Shown piece after piece: positions 1-9,022 of a stretch of DNA of 64,000 bases. The position numbers were made by a program, and so were the translations under genes. The notes beneath the pieces were generated by a model, which was not told the origin of the DNA, did no database searches, and saw only the letters and a list, made by a program, of their open reading frames with translations. Location of the stretch: positions 1,408,001 to 1,472,000 of the forward strand of contig CAXXGO010000006.1 in assembly GCA_963666835.2 (NCBI GenBank), read 5' to 3'. The stretch's first letter is position 1; each line of letters starts with the position of its first letter. This DNA comes from Phycisphaerae bacterium. Lineage in GTDB: Bacteria > Planctomycetota > Phycisphaerae > UBA1845.

Positions 1-366
1 ATTCTGAACTGCAAGCCGGTCAATCCGCACGTAAAGTATCTGGGAGACTTCCTGATGCGCTCATTCGCCCACGGGCGGCACGGGCGCTATCTCGAGTCTC
101 TGCGGGCCGATCCCGTACATCGGGCGTCGTGGAAACCCGAGCAGAAGCACACCCTGACGGTCCGCGTCGAAGGGCGCGGCTCCGTAGAGCGGCAGGCCGG
201 TCCCGCCGGCGACGAAGCGGGCGAGAAGTATGAACTTACGGCCAAGGCGCTGCCGGGCTGGTCGTTCGCCGGTTGGAACGGCGGGCTTGTAGGGTCTCAG
301 AACCCGGCCAGTATCGTGCTTACGTGCGACAAGACGGTGACAGCTACCTTTACGGAAGAACTCTAG
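1..366 (+). CDS. 5'-truncated CDS: probable C-terminus of LpxA (acyl-ACP--UDP-GlcNAc acyltransferase) followed by a divergent InlB B-repeat-like domain
   Basis: Frame +1 is open from base 1 (ILNCKPVNPHVKYLGDFLMRSFAHGRHGRYLESLR), resembling planctomycete LpxA C-termini. It is followed by HTLTVRVEGRGSV..LTAKALPGWSFAGWNG..SQNPASIVL..DKTVTATF, a bacterial-repeat pattern. Confidence 0.5.
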   Translation: MLNCKPVNPHVKYLGDFLMRSFAHGRHGRYLESLRADPVHRASWKPEQKHTLTVRVEGRGSVERQAGPAGDEAGEKYELTAKALPGWSFAGWNGGLVGSQNPASIVLTCDKTVTATFTEEL

Positions 367-387
367 GAGCCAGGAAAGAGGTCCATC

Positions 388-1425
388 ATGCAGCAGCCTT
401 TGCGAGTTGCCGTAGTCGGCGTCGGCCACATGGGGCGGCATCATGCCCGGGTATATAGCGAGCTGGAAGGATGCGAGCTGGTGGCTGTGGTCGATAAGAA
501 CCTCGACCGGGCACGCGAGATTGCGGGCAAGCACGGCGGAGAGGCCGTGGCGCGGGTGGCGGACGTAAAGGGCGATCTTGATGCCGTTACCGTGGCAGTT
601 CCCACGGTCTATCACGCCGAGGTGGCGATCCCGCTGCTGGAACGTGGCGTAGCGGTGCTGGTGGAGAAGCCCCTCGCCCCGGACCGCACCAGTGCCAAGC
701 AGTTGCTCGACGCCACCCGCAAGCACAATACTCTTTTGCAGGTCGGTCATTCGGAGCGGTTCAACCCGGTCGTCCAGGCGATGCTGCGAATGGAACTGAC
801 GCCCCGGTTTATCGAGACGCACCGGATCAGCCCGTTCACTTTTCGAAGCGCCGATGTGGGCGTGGTCTTCGATATGATGATCCACGACATCGACATCGTG
901 CTGCATCTGGTCAAGCAGCGTAAGTACAGTATCGATGCCGTAGGCGTGGCAGTCTTGGGAAGCTGTGAGGACGTCGCTAACGCCCGGGTGCGGTTCGGCG
1001 ATCAGGCGGTGGTGAACATGACCGCCTCGCGTTTGGCCCTCAAGACCGAACGCAAGATCCGGGTGTTCGCTTCGATGGGCTACCTTTCGATGGACTATCA
1101 GAAGAAGAGCGGGGTGGCGATTCGCCTGGCGGACAATCTCGACCTGGTCCGAATGGCTCGGGAGCGCGACTTTGAAGACCTATCTCAGATGGCGAACTTG
1201 GATTACGGGTCGATGGTCAACATCGAACCGCTCCAGGTGGACGACGTGGAACCGCTGCGCAAGGAGATCGAGTCGTTCCTCGAATCCGCACGAACCGGTG
1301 CGGACATCGGCGTGAGCGCTGAAGAGGGTTACGCCGCCGTGGAGATGGCCGAGCGCATCACCAACGCCGTCCACGAGCAAGACTGGGCCAGCAAACTCCA
1401 ATCCGTAGACACGCCGGACGTGTGA
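388..1425 (+). CDS. Gfo/Idh/MocA family oxidoreductase (GnnA-like UDP-GlcNAc 3-dehydrogenase candidate)
   Basis: VAVVGVGHMG Rossmann motif, LVEKPLA, VGHSERFNP, DMMIHDID; RBS-like GAGG upstream. Confidence 0.85.
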   Translation: MQQPLRVAVVGVGHMGRHHARVYSELEGCELVAVVDKNLDRAREIAGKHGGEAVARVADVKGDLDAVTVAVPTVYHAEVAIPLLERGVAVLVEKPLAPDRTSAKQLLDATRKHNTLLQVGHSERFNPVVQAMLRMELTPRFIETHRISPFTFRSADVGVVFDMMIHDIDIVLHLVKQRKYSIDAVGVAVLGSCEDVANARVRFGDQAVVNMTASRLALKTERKIRVFASMGYLSMDYQKKSGVAIRLADNLDLVRMARERDFEDLSQMANLDYGSMVNIEPLQVDDVEPLRKEIESFLESARTGADIGVSAEEGYAAVEMAERITNAVHEQDWASKLQSVDTPDV

Positions 1426-1579
1426 AACGGGGCTACCGCCCTTTCGCCCTATTGCGCATGACCCCTGCGCTGACCACTCCTGCCAAGTCAGGATGGGACT
1501 CGATAACCTCATTCGTTCCCGGCGCACCAGAATGTGCGCCGGGTCGTTGGGGTTCGTAAGTCACCTTCGCTGCAGCCGA

Positions 1580-4432
1580 TCAGTCCGCCGCCATCCGGCG
1601 GGTCCCGAAGTAGACCTTTCCGGCCGAGAGCATGAGCAGTGCCAGCACGAGCAGGCCCCATTCCGACATCGTCGGGATAGCGGCGCCGCAGTTCGGTCCG
1701 TAGACCGTGTCGTCGACTCCCGGGCACATATCGCAAGGGTCGGCCACGCCGTCGCCGTCACTGTCCGTCGAGCAATCTTCGCCGATATGGAAGTTCTCGG
1801 CGGCGTCGGGGCAGACGGCCTGCAGGGTCAGATCGCACGTGCCTATCCCGTAGAGGTTGCAGCAGGCGTGACACAAACCGTTGTCCGGGTGAGTGACCGC
1901 TCCGGTCAGCTCGTTACAGATGTCTTCCGTACAGGGATCACCGTCGTCGATAACCGTGAGCGTGCCGTCCGTCGGATTACAGCAGTAACCCGCGGGGATC
2001 GGCTCGATTATCTCGATCACCTGTTCGCAGGTTGCCGGGATTCCGCACTCGTCCGTGGCCGTCCACACCCGGGTGGTGTTCGTAGTCGTGGGACAGTATT
2101 GCACGTGTACCGGGGCCTGGTCGGCGTAATCGATATCAGGCACCGTCCCGCAGTCGTCGTCGGCCGTTGCCTCACCGGTGGCACTCGGATCCGATGGATC
2201 CGGCAGAGTGACCGAAGCGTCGGCGGGGCACGTGATGTCCGGTGCGGTCGTGTCCTCGATGGTGAACGTGGCGGCCGTCGAGGCGTCGTTCATGCAGTCG
2301 TCGGTCGCGGTGAACGTGACCAAGGCCGCACCGGTCGCCGCGCAGCCCGCCGTCAGGCCGGCGTAGTCATCACTCCACGATACGCCGCCGCAGGCGTCAC
2401 TCGCCGCCGCTCCGCCGTAGGCCGTCAGCCAACCGGAAAGGTCAGCGGCGTTGCCGGCGCCGTCACACTCGACGGTAAGGTTGCCGGCGGCGGTATCGAT
2501 CGACGGGGAGGTAGTGTCGGCCACAGTTACCGTTGCCGAATGGGTCTCCTGGAGGCCGCAGTCGTCCGTTGCGGTCCACGTTACATAGGCCGACCCGGTC
2601 GCGCCGCAATCGTCACTTAAGGCGACGAAGTCGTTTGTAACGATCACTCCGGCGCATTGGTCGGTCGCGGCGGCACTGTTGAGCCAAGCCTGAACCTCGG
2701 CCGTGTTGCCGGATCCGTCGCACTCGAAGGTCACATTCGTCGGTGCGGTCGTAAACACCGGGGGAGTCGTATCGACTATCTGCACCGTCGCGGAGTGGAT
2801 GGTCTGCAGGCCGCAGTCATCTTCGGCCGTCCAAGTTACCAAGCTACCGCCGGTGTTGCCGCAACCGGGAGAGATCGCGACGAAGTCGTTTGTTATCATC
2901 ACTCCGCCACAGACATCGCTTGCGGCTGCGCTGTTCAGCCAAGCCTGGATGGCCGCGGTATGGTCGGTGCTGCCGCATTCGATAGTCAGATTCGTTGGGG
3001 CGAACGTGAAAGAAGGAGCCGTCGTATCGACCACTGTTACGGTGGCGGAATGAGTGTTCTGCACGCCGCAATCGTCGGTGGCCGTCCACGTTACGTAGGC
3101 CGAGCCGGTTGCCCCGCAGTCATCGCTCAGACCAACGAAGTCGTTAACCACGGTTACGCCGCCGCACGTGTCGCTGGCCGCGGCACTGTCGAGCCAAGCC
3201 TGAATCTGGGCGGTGTTGCCGGCCCCGTCGCACTCGAACCACACGTCGCCCGGTGTGGAAGTGAATACCGGCGGAGTAGTGTCAACGACTGTCACTGTTG
3301 CCGAGTGGAAGGCCTGGGTTCCGCAATCGTCGGTGGCGGTCCAGGTGACCATGGCCGAGCCGGTGGCCCCGCAGTCGTCGGACAAGCCGGTATAGTCGTT
3401 CGTGACGACTGCCCCACCGCAGGTATCGGTGGCCGCGGCACTGTCGAGCCAGGCCTGAATCTCGGCCGTGTTGCCGGCCCCGTCGCACTCGAAGGACACA
3501 TTCGCCGGGGCGGTGGTGAACACCGGGGGCGCGGTGTCAGTAACCGTCACCGTTGCGCCGCAGGACACGGGCGGCGATATGCCGTCGTCAACCGTGAGGG
3601 TGACGTTGCACGTGAGGGGGCAGGGCGTAATCGAGTCGACGGTCAGCGTCGGGTTGACGATGGTGTCGCTGTCAAAACTGCCGCCCGGGCAGTCCGTTTC
3701 CCACAGGTAAGTCAGGTGACCGCAGTCATCGCCGGACCCACTGCCGTTGAGCGGGATGTCAGTGGTTGCACCCTGACACTCTGCGCTGTACGGACCGCCG
3801 GCATCACAGGTGGGCGGGGTGTCCGATCGGTAGAACACCTCGAGATGGACATCGGATATGCAGGAGACCCCGTCGATCACGATGGCCAGTTGATTGACCC
3901 CACCGTAGTTGTAGCCGGTCATCCCGCAGGGCGAATCCGGTCCGACGATGGTGAACGGATCGCAGAACCCGCAGGGACAGGTGCCGGTCTGGAAGGCGTG
4001 CCCCAAGGCAATCCCGTTGATGTTCACGGTGGTCTCCCCGGTTCCGCCATATACGGTGGAACAGCCGACGCCGTTGACCGTGGCCTCGATGCGGGTGGCG
4101 TAGTGACCTGCCGGAATCGGGTCGACGAACCCGACCGAGGTCGGCCAGCCCCAGCCGGGATATGCAGGCAAATACGGCGAGCAGGCGTAGTCGCCCATCT
4201 CGTCGCAGACCCAGCAGTCCGGGTAGCCGGTGTGATACCCGTCGACCTCGATCACGACCGATCCGACGCCCGTTTCAATGCCTTCGTCCGGGTCGGAATC
4301 GATGTACGGGACGTTAGTACTGCCATCTCCCGTGCCTGCTGCGTTGTCACCCAGAGCCGGCGATGTGGAGCCTGCTACGCTCCAAAGCCCCAGCAACACC
4401 AAAGCCGCAATCTGCATCCGCGTTGTCTTCAT
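1580..4432 (-). CDS. Secreted Cys/Asp/Thr-rich protein with HYR-like tandem repeats and an IPTL-CTERM sorting signal
   Basis: N-terminal signal peptide; about five ~85-aa repeats (DTTPPVF..ECDG.GNTA..QAWL.SAAA.D.CGG..VTWTATDDCG); C-terminal AIPTMSEWGLLVLALLMLSAG..RR. Confidence 0.85.
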   Translation of the reverse strand: MKTTRMQIAALVLLGLWSVAGSTSPALGDNAAGTGDGSTNVPYIDSDPDEGIETGVGSVVIEVDGYHTGYPDCWVCDEMGDYACSPYLPAYPGWGWPTSVGFVDPIPAGHYATRIEATVNGVGCSTVYGGTGETTVNINGIALGHAFQTGTCPCGFCDPFTIVGPDSPCGMTGYNYGGVNQLAIVIDGVSCISDVHLEVFYRSDTPPTCDAGGPYSAECQGATTDIPLNGSGSGDDCGHLTYLWETDCPGGSFDSDTIVNPTLTVDSITPCPLTCNVTLTVDDGISPPVSCGATVTVTDTAPPVFTTAPANVSFECDGAGNTAEIQAWLDSAAATDTCGGAVVTNDYTGLSDDCGATGSAMVTWTATDDCGTQAFHSATVTVVDTTPPVFTSTPGDVWFECDGAGNTAQIQAWLDSAAASDTCGGVTVVNDFVGLSDDCGATGSAYVTWTATDDCGVQNTHSATVTVVDTTAPSFTFAPTNLTIECGSTDHTAAIQAWLNSAAASDVCGGVMITNDFVAISPGCGNTGGSLVTWTAEDDCGLQTIHSATVQIVDTTPPVFTTAPTNVTFECDGSGNTAEVQAWLNSAAATDQCAGVIVTNDFVALSDDCGATGSAYVTWTATDDCGLQETHSATVTVADTTSPSIDTAAGNLTVECDGAGNAADLSGWLTAYGGAAASDACGGVSWSDDYAGLTAGCAATGAALVTFTATDDCMNDASTAATFTIEDTTAPDITCPADASVTLPDPSDPSATGEATADDDCGTVPDIDYADQAPVHVQYCPTTTNTTRVWTATDECGIPATCEQVIEIIEPIPAGYCCNPTDGTLTVIDDGDPCTEDICNELTGAVTHPDNGLCHACCNLYGIGTCDLTLQAVCPDAAENFHIGEDCSTDSDGDGVADPCDMCPGVDDTVYGPNCGAAIPTMSEWGLLVLALLMLSAGKVYFGTRRMAAD

Positions 4433-4911
4433 CGGTAACGCTCCCTCCGACTACCCGTGCGGCCGCCATCGAAACGACATGTCTACCGCGCCCTGCGGCG
4501 GCGGCTGCACAAAGCCATCCTGTTTCGCAAAGTATGAACTGCTCTTGATGCCCCTTACGCCCGAACAGCCTCCGCCGAATCGGCGGACGAGCCCGCTCGA
4601 ACGAGGCTTCAGCCTTCTTGCTTCCCGATCCCGAATGCCGCCAGTGCGCATTAAAGAACTGTAGACCGCGGCGGCCCTGTTCTCCCGATAACTAGGGAGA
4701 GCAACCTCCCGAATATAAGGAATCAGCGGCTGTGATTCAAGTAAAAGCGCAGATCTATCGTAAGTGCTGCTAAGGAATGTACTTACCGGAACCGGGCGGG
4801 TCCGCAAGATTAGGTTGGAATCGGGGTCTCGGCCGCAATCCGGGCTACCGCGCGCACCTCCCACCGGTCGGGCACATGCTGGGGTTAAGGAGTAAGCGAG
4901 CCTTAGGGTGC

Positions 4912-5190
4912 CTACTCTTCCGCCGGGGGAGCGACGTTGTCCTCTGGCTTCCAGTTGCGCTTGGTCGGCTTGACGACCAGGCCCATGCGGATGGCCTTGG
5001 CCGATACCTTGATGCGGCAGACTTTGCCGTCGACGACGGCGCGCACCCGCTGGATATTGGCTTTGAACTTGCGCTTCGTGATGCCGGTGGTCTTACGGCC
5101 GACGCCGCCCAGATACTTCGCCTTACCGCGCCGAGCGATCGAATTCCCTGCTCGGGTCTTCTTTCCGGTGAAGAAACAAACACGCGACAT
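4912..5190 (-). CDS. rpmB: 50S ribosomal protein L28
   Basis: MSRVCFFTGKKTRAGNSIARRGKAKYLGGVGRKTTGITKRKFKANIQ; start moved to the ATG at 5190. Confidence 0.95.
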   Translation of the reverse strand: MSRVCFFTGKKTRAGNSIARRGKAKYLGGVGRKTTGITKRKFKANIQRVRAVVDGKVCRIKVSAKAIRMGLVVKPTKRNWKPEDNVAPPAEE

Positions 5191-5423
5191 ACAACACCTC
5201 AAGCCAATCGGATAACCAGTTCCAGCGTCTGCCCGGATACGGGCAGGACCAAGCACTATATCCGATCAGCCCGGCGTGGCAATAGGGGTGATGCGGACAA
5301 TTCACATTTGTGGCAAGTTATAGGACCTTGAGCCCGCCGTTTGTTTCTGCGGCAACGGGGCGGGTTCCCGGGCAACGCCAACCGGATTGGCTCGGGATGC
5401 CGCGGATTCAACGCTCGCGGGGG

Positions 5424-6428
5424 TCAGCGTTTGTCGTTTGGTGTTCCAGAGTACCCATGGGGGTGCGCGCGATGCCAGTTCCACGCGGTCTCGATGGTCT
5501 TGCGGATATCCGCGTATTGAGGATGCCAGCCCAGCTCGGTTTTCACCTTGGTCGGGTCGGCGTATAGCTCGGGTGGGTCGCCCTCGCGGCGGGGGGCGGG
5601 GACGGCCGGGATATCGTGACCCGTAACATCCCGGGCTACGTCGAGCAGCTCCTTAACCGTAACGCCCATTCCGGTGCCGACGTTGTAGCAGCGGAAAACA
5701 CCTTCCTTTTGGCTATCGGCGGCCACGCGATGCACTGCGGCCAGGTCTTCGACGTGGACGTAGTCGCGCACGCATGTTCCGTCGGCTGTCGGATAGTCGA
5801 GTCCGAAGATCTTCACCTCTTCGCGCTGTCCCAGCGCTACCTGCAGCACGACCGGGATGAGGTGAAACTCGGGATTATGATCTTCGCCCAACATGCCGTC
5901 GGCCGCGGCGCCGGCGGCGTTGAAGTAGCGTAACGCGGTGGACCCGAGTCCCCACATCGCGGCGCTGTCCTGCAGCGCCCATTCGATGACGAGTTTCGTT
6001 CGTCCATAAGGATTGATGGGATCTTTCGGCATGTCTTCGGTGATCGGCACGGACGCGGGGATGCCGAAGGTCGCACACGTTGAGCTGAACACGAGTTTCT
6101 TGACGTCGTGGCTGCGCATTAGCTCCAAAAGAGAGATTGTGTTCACTATGTTGTTGCGATAGTACTTGAGGGGCTCACGTACCGATTCGTTAACGTCGAG
6201 CAGGGCGGCGAAGTGCATTACCGCATCGAAGGCGCCTTCGGTGAACGTGCGATCCAGCGTCTGAGTCTCGGCCAGGTCGGCGACTACCAGTTTGGCTCGC
6301 GGATCAACCGCCTCGCGGTGTCCGCCCACGAGGTTATCGTACACCGTTACGGCATGCCCGGCGTCGCACATTGCCCGTACGCAATGACTGCCAACGTACC
6401 CTGCCCCGCCCGTTACGAGTAGATTCAT
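5424..6428 (-). CDS. galE: UDP-glucose 4-epimerase
   Basis: LVTGGAGYVGSH, FSSTCATFG, PYGRTK (YxxxK), LRYFNAAGA, DGTCVRDYVHVEDLA. Confidence 0.93.
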   Translation of the reverse strand: MNLLVTGGAGYVGSHCVRAMCDAGHAVTVYDNLVGGHREAVDPRAKLVVADLAETQTLDRTFTEGAFDAVMHFAALLDVNESVREPLKYYRNNIVNTISLLELMRSHDVKKLVFSSTCATFGIPASVPITEDMPKDPINPYGRTKLVIEWALQDSAAMWGLGSTALRYFNAAGAAADGMLGEDHNPEFHLIPVVLQVALGQREEVKIFGLDYPTADGTCVRDYVHVEDLAAVHRVAADSQKEGVFRCYNVGTGMGVTVKELLDVARDVTGHDIPAVPAPRREGDPPELYADPTKVKTELGWHPQYADIRKTIETAWNWHRAHPHGYSGTPNDKR

Positions 6429-6784
6429 AGCTGCTTCCGTGCGTAAGATCGACCTGGAATGCCGTCTCCGCCTTGTTATTCCCGGTGCCCCGAACGGTTT
6501 CTGATCCCGTCCGCAGCGCACCGGTTATTTATCGGTTCTGGGGTGCTATTCCGAAGAACTCCGGGCTTCGCCTGATCGGCGGAACCCGCCCCCGCGATCA
6601 CGCTACTACGATACCGCGAGGGGTGCTTTGTTGCGATACCCCGATGGTTGGTTCGTTAGCCAGGCCGCACGGGCCTTGCGGTGCCGACGGCTCGACCACG
6701 GCGGATTCTGCTACGAAGGGCCTGCGTGAGGGCTCTGGCCGGGGCCTTACCTTTCGGGGCCGGCGCCCGGTGTCGCCGGGGCGG

Positions 6785-7057
6785 TCACTCCGTGACGATA
6801 TCGGCCAGCCGGGCGATGCTGATTACCGCCGACCGCATTACGACCAGGCGGCGCCGGTTGACGGCTACGCCGTCGCGGTGGGCTTCGGCCAGGTAGACTT
6901 CTTTGTTGGCGTGCCCATCGCGACAGTCGTGAATATCGGCATCGACCAGCACGAAGACCGCCTCGGTGGCCTCCGCCAACGTTCCGATGTACAGGATCGG
7001 GGTGACGGTATCGAGTACGACGGCCTGGTTCAACATTTCGTCAAGCGGCTCGCTCAT
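6785..7057 (-). CDS. Small hypothetical protein, possible Sm/LSm-like fold
   Basis: 90 aa; VVLD..YIGTL..FVLVDADIHD..RRLVVMRSAVISI pattern resembles Sm1/Sm2 motifs. Confidence 0.6.
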   Translation of the reverse strand: MSEPLDEMLNQAVVLDTVTPILYIGTLAEATEAVFVLVDADIHDCRDGHANKEVYLAEAHRDGVAVNRRRLVVMRSAVISIARLADIVTE

Positions 7058-7063
7058 CGTTCT

Positions 7064-7086
7064 AAATAGGGGACAGTCACCTATTT
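7064..7086. repeat. Imperfect palindrome (REP-like) at the RAYT 3' end: AAATAGGGGACAGTCACCTATTT
   Basis: Self-complementary arms. The half AAATAGGTGACTGTCCC or a close variant recurs at 7835, 8145, 8196, 8276, 13036, 13103, 13300, 17084 and 17120, and inverted at 16792. Confidence 0.85.
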
Positions 7087-7797
7087 ACCGGTTCCTTTCT
7101 GTATGACCGTCGTGCCTTCTCCGTTGGCACGTGGCTTCCTGGGGCGGCCCACGGGTAGGGGGCGGAGCCGACGGTTCAGCTTATGTTCAAGCTTACTCAA
7201 GAACGAGTCGCTGGCCAGCGGTCGTCCGCGGTGGGTGCATCTGCGCAGCTTGGTGGAGTCCTCCGGGTCGTCGGGCTCCCGCAGGACTTCCCGCCACTTC
7301 TCCGGCTTCCATTCGGCGGCCCAGGCGGTCAGATCAAGCTGGCCGCTGGGGTCCGGCTCGCCGACGTGGGCGGGCGCGCTCGACCACGGGTATCGCCACG
7401 GCAGGCGGACGATCTTCGCCCGGACGGGGTTCCGCTCGACGTACCGCATCGCCCGCCACAGGTGCAAGTCGTCGAGCGTGCAAGAGTAGAAGCGATTCTG
7501 CCACAGATGTCCGCTCCTGCGGTGGGTACGGTTGATGTATTGGGTATACCGGAAATGAGCCCGGCCGACGGCCTTGGCGAGCGACTCTTCGCGTGCGGGC
7601 ACGGCGATGAGGTGCAGGTGGTTGGTCATCAGGCAATAGCCGAGTACCGGAAGGCCGAATCGCTGCGACTCCTCTCGGAGCATTGCCAGATACACGCGGC
7701 GGTCATCGTCAGTGAAGAAGACGTCCTGCCGGTTGTTCCCGCGCTGGACCACATGGTGCGGCATCTGCGGCATCACGATTCTGGCAACCCGAGGCAT
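7081..7797 (-). mobile_element. REP-associated tyrosine transposase (RAYT, Y1/HUH family)
   Basis: MPRVARIV..PHHVVQRGNNRQDVF..YCLMTNHLHL (HUH)..GHLWQNRFYS..RYVERNPVRA..YPWSSA; flanked by inverted palindrome halves. Confidence 0.92.
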
Positions 7798-7860
7798 AAG
7801 CTTGATCCTACGAGTTCCGGCAGGCAACGTCAAGAAATAGGTGACTGTCCCGGGTTTTTG

Positions 7861-8326
7861 GGAAATGAGCCCGGCCGACAGCCTTGGCGAGCGACTCTTC
7901 GCGTGCGGGCACGGCAATGAGGTGAAGGTGGTTGGTCATCAGGCAATAGCCGACAACCTGCAGGCCGAATCGCTGCGATTCCTCTCGGAGCATTGCCAGA
8001 TAGACGCGGCGGTCATCGTCAGTGAAGAAGACGCTCTGCCGGTTGTTCCCGCGCTGGACCACATGGTGCGGCATCTGCGGCATCACGATTCTGGCAACCC
8101 GAGGCATGAGCTTGATCCTACGAGTTCCGGCAGGCAACGTCAAGAAATAGGTGACTGTCCCGGGTTTTTCACGAGTTCCGGCAGGCAACGTCAAGAAATC
8201 GGTGACTGTCCCGGGTTTTTTCTGGCAACCCGAGGCATGAGCTTGATCCTACGAGTTCCGGCAGGCAACGTCAAGAAATAGGTGACTGTCCCGGCTTTTT
8301 GTCCCGGCTTTTTGTCCCGGCTTTTT
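7861..8326 (-). repeat. Three nested partial duplications of the RAYT 5' end (301, 42 and 72 bp) plus gtcccggcttttt x3
   Basis: 7861-8161 matches 7551-7851 with several substitutions; 8171-8212 matches 7810-7851; 8221-8292 matches 7780-7851. Confidence 0.9.
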
Positions 8327-9022
8327 CCAGGAGGCCTCCGGTCGGACGTCCCCTGCCCAGTCTACGGGATTATCCTTAAGTGGATCCCCGGCACCCTCGT
8401 CGGCCCAATGGGACGTCTTCCGGAAGTTGCGAGTTGCCCCAACACATATGGGGTTTTCCTGGCAAGGGAATAAACTCTTTGACATATGCCTGACGCACAT
8501 ATAGCCGGTGACGCCGCAATATCGCCGTTTCAGTGACCCAGATGGAGGTGCCCGCCCGTTGAGGGCGGTGTATGGTAAAGGAGCCAAAAATAGTCGCCTT
8601 CCGGGACTGTTCAACTTGTGGCTGTCTTTCGACGAACTTGTTTATAGTCAAGTCCCGCGAAAGTCCAACTCCCGTGTTTAAGCGAGAGCAGACTTGATGG
8701 ACTCGGTTGTGTCGTTGTATGGGCCACTCATATGCCCTGCGGTTAGGAAAGACCGGGCCCAGAGGCGTGGGGACGGCAGAGCATTCGCCGAACTTGCTGA
8801 ATGCCCGAGCGAAGCCCATACGAATGACTCGGGTGTTGTTTGACGCGGCCCGTGGCGTCTATGGGGCGTTGTTCATACAGACCTGATATTCGCCGGGCAG
8901 TGCGGGGTCATGTTGTTGCACGGCCATATTCAGGCAAGAGGCTCGCGGAACATCCCGCGATCTCGGTTGATGGGGATCTTGCTAGAAAACCAGTCTCGTT
9001 TTGTGATAAAGGGGTTCGGATT

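Noticed and set aside
1493..4438. Long + strand ORFs (375 and 593 aa)
   Set aside because: Antisense shadows of the GC-rich repeat protein; no recognisable motifs.
4440..4910. Riboswitch or ncRNA (e.g. c-di-GMP) upstream of the IPTL protein
   Set aside because: Only isolated short hairpins; I could not match the conserved aptamer motifs.
7800..8330. CRISPR-like array
   Set aside because: The repeats are nested copies of the transposase 5' end with no unique equal-length spacers, and no cas genes are present.
8330..9020. ncRNA or sigma-28 promoter upstream of the MCP
   Set aside because: No convincing TAAA-N15-GCCGATAA or known RNA motif was found by eye.
8840..9022. N-terminal extension of the MCP (similar extensions on rpmB, galE, prpE, the kinase, the methyltransferase and DUF1573)
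   Set aside because: Longest-ORF artefacts; family similarity starts at downstream start codons.
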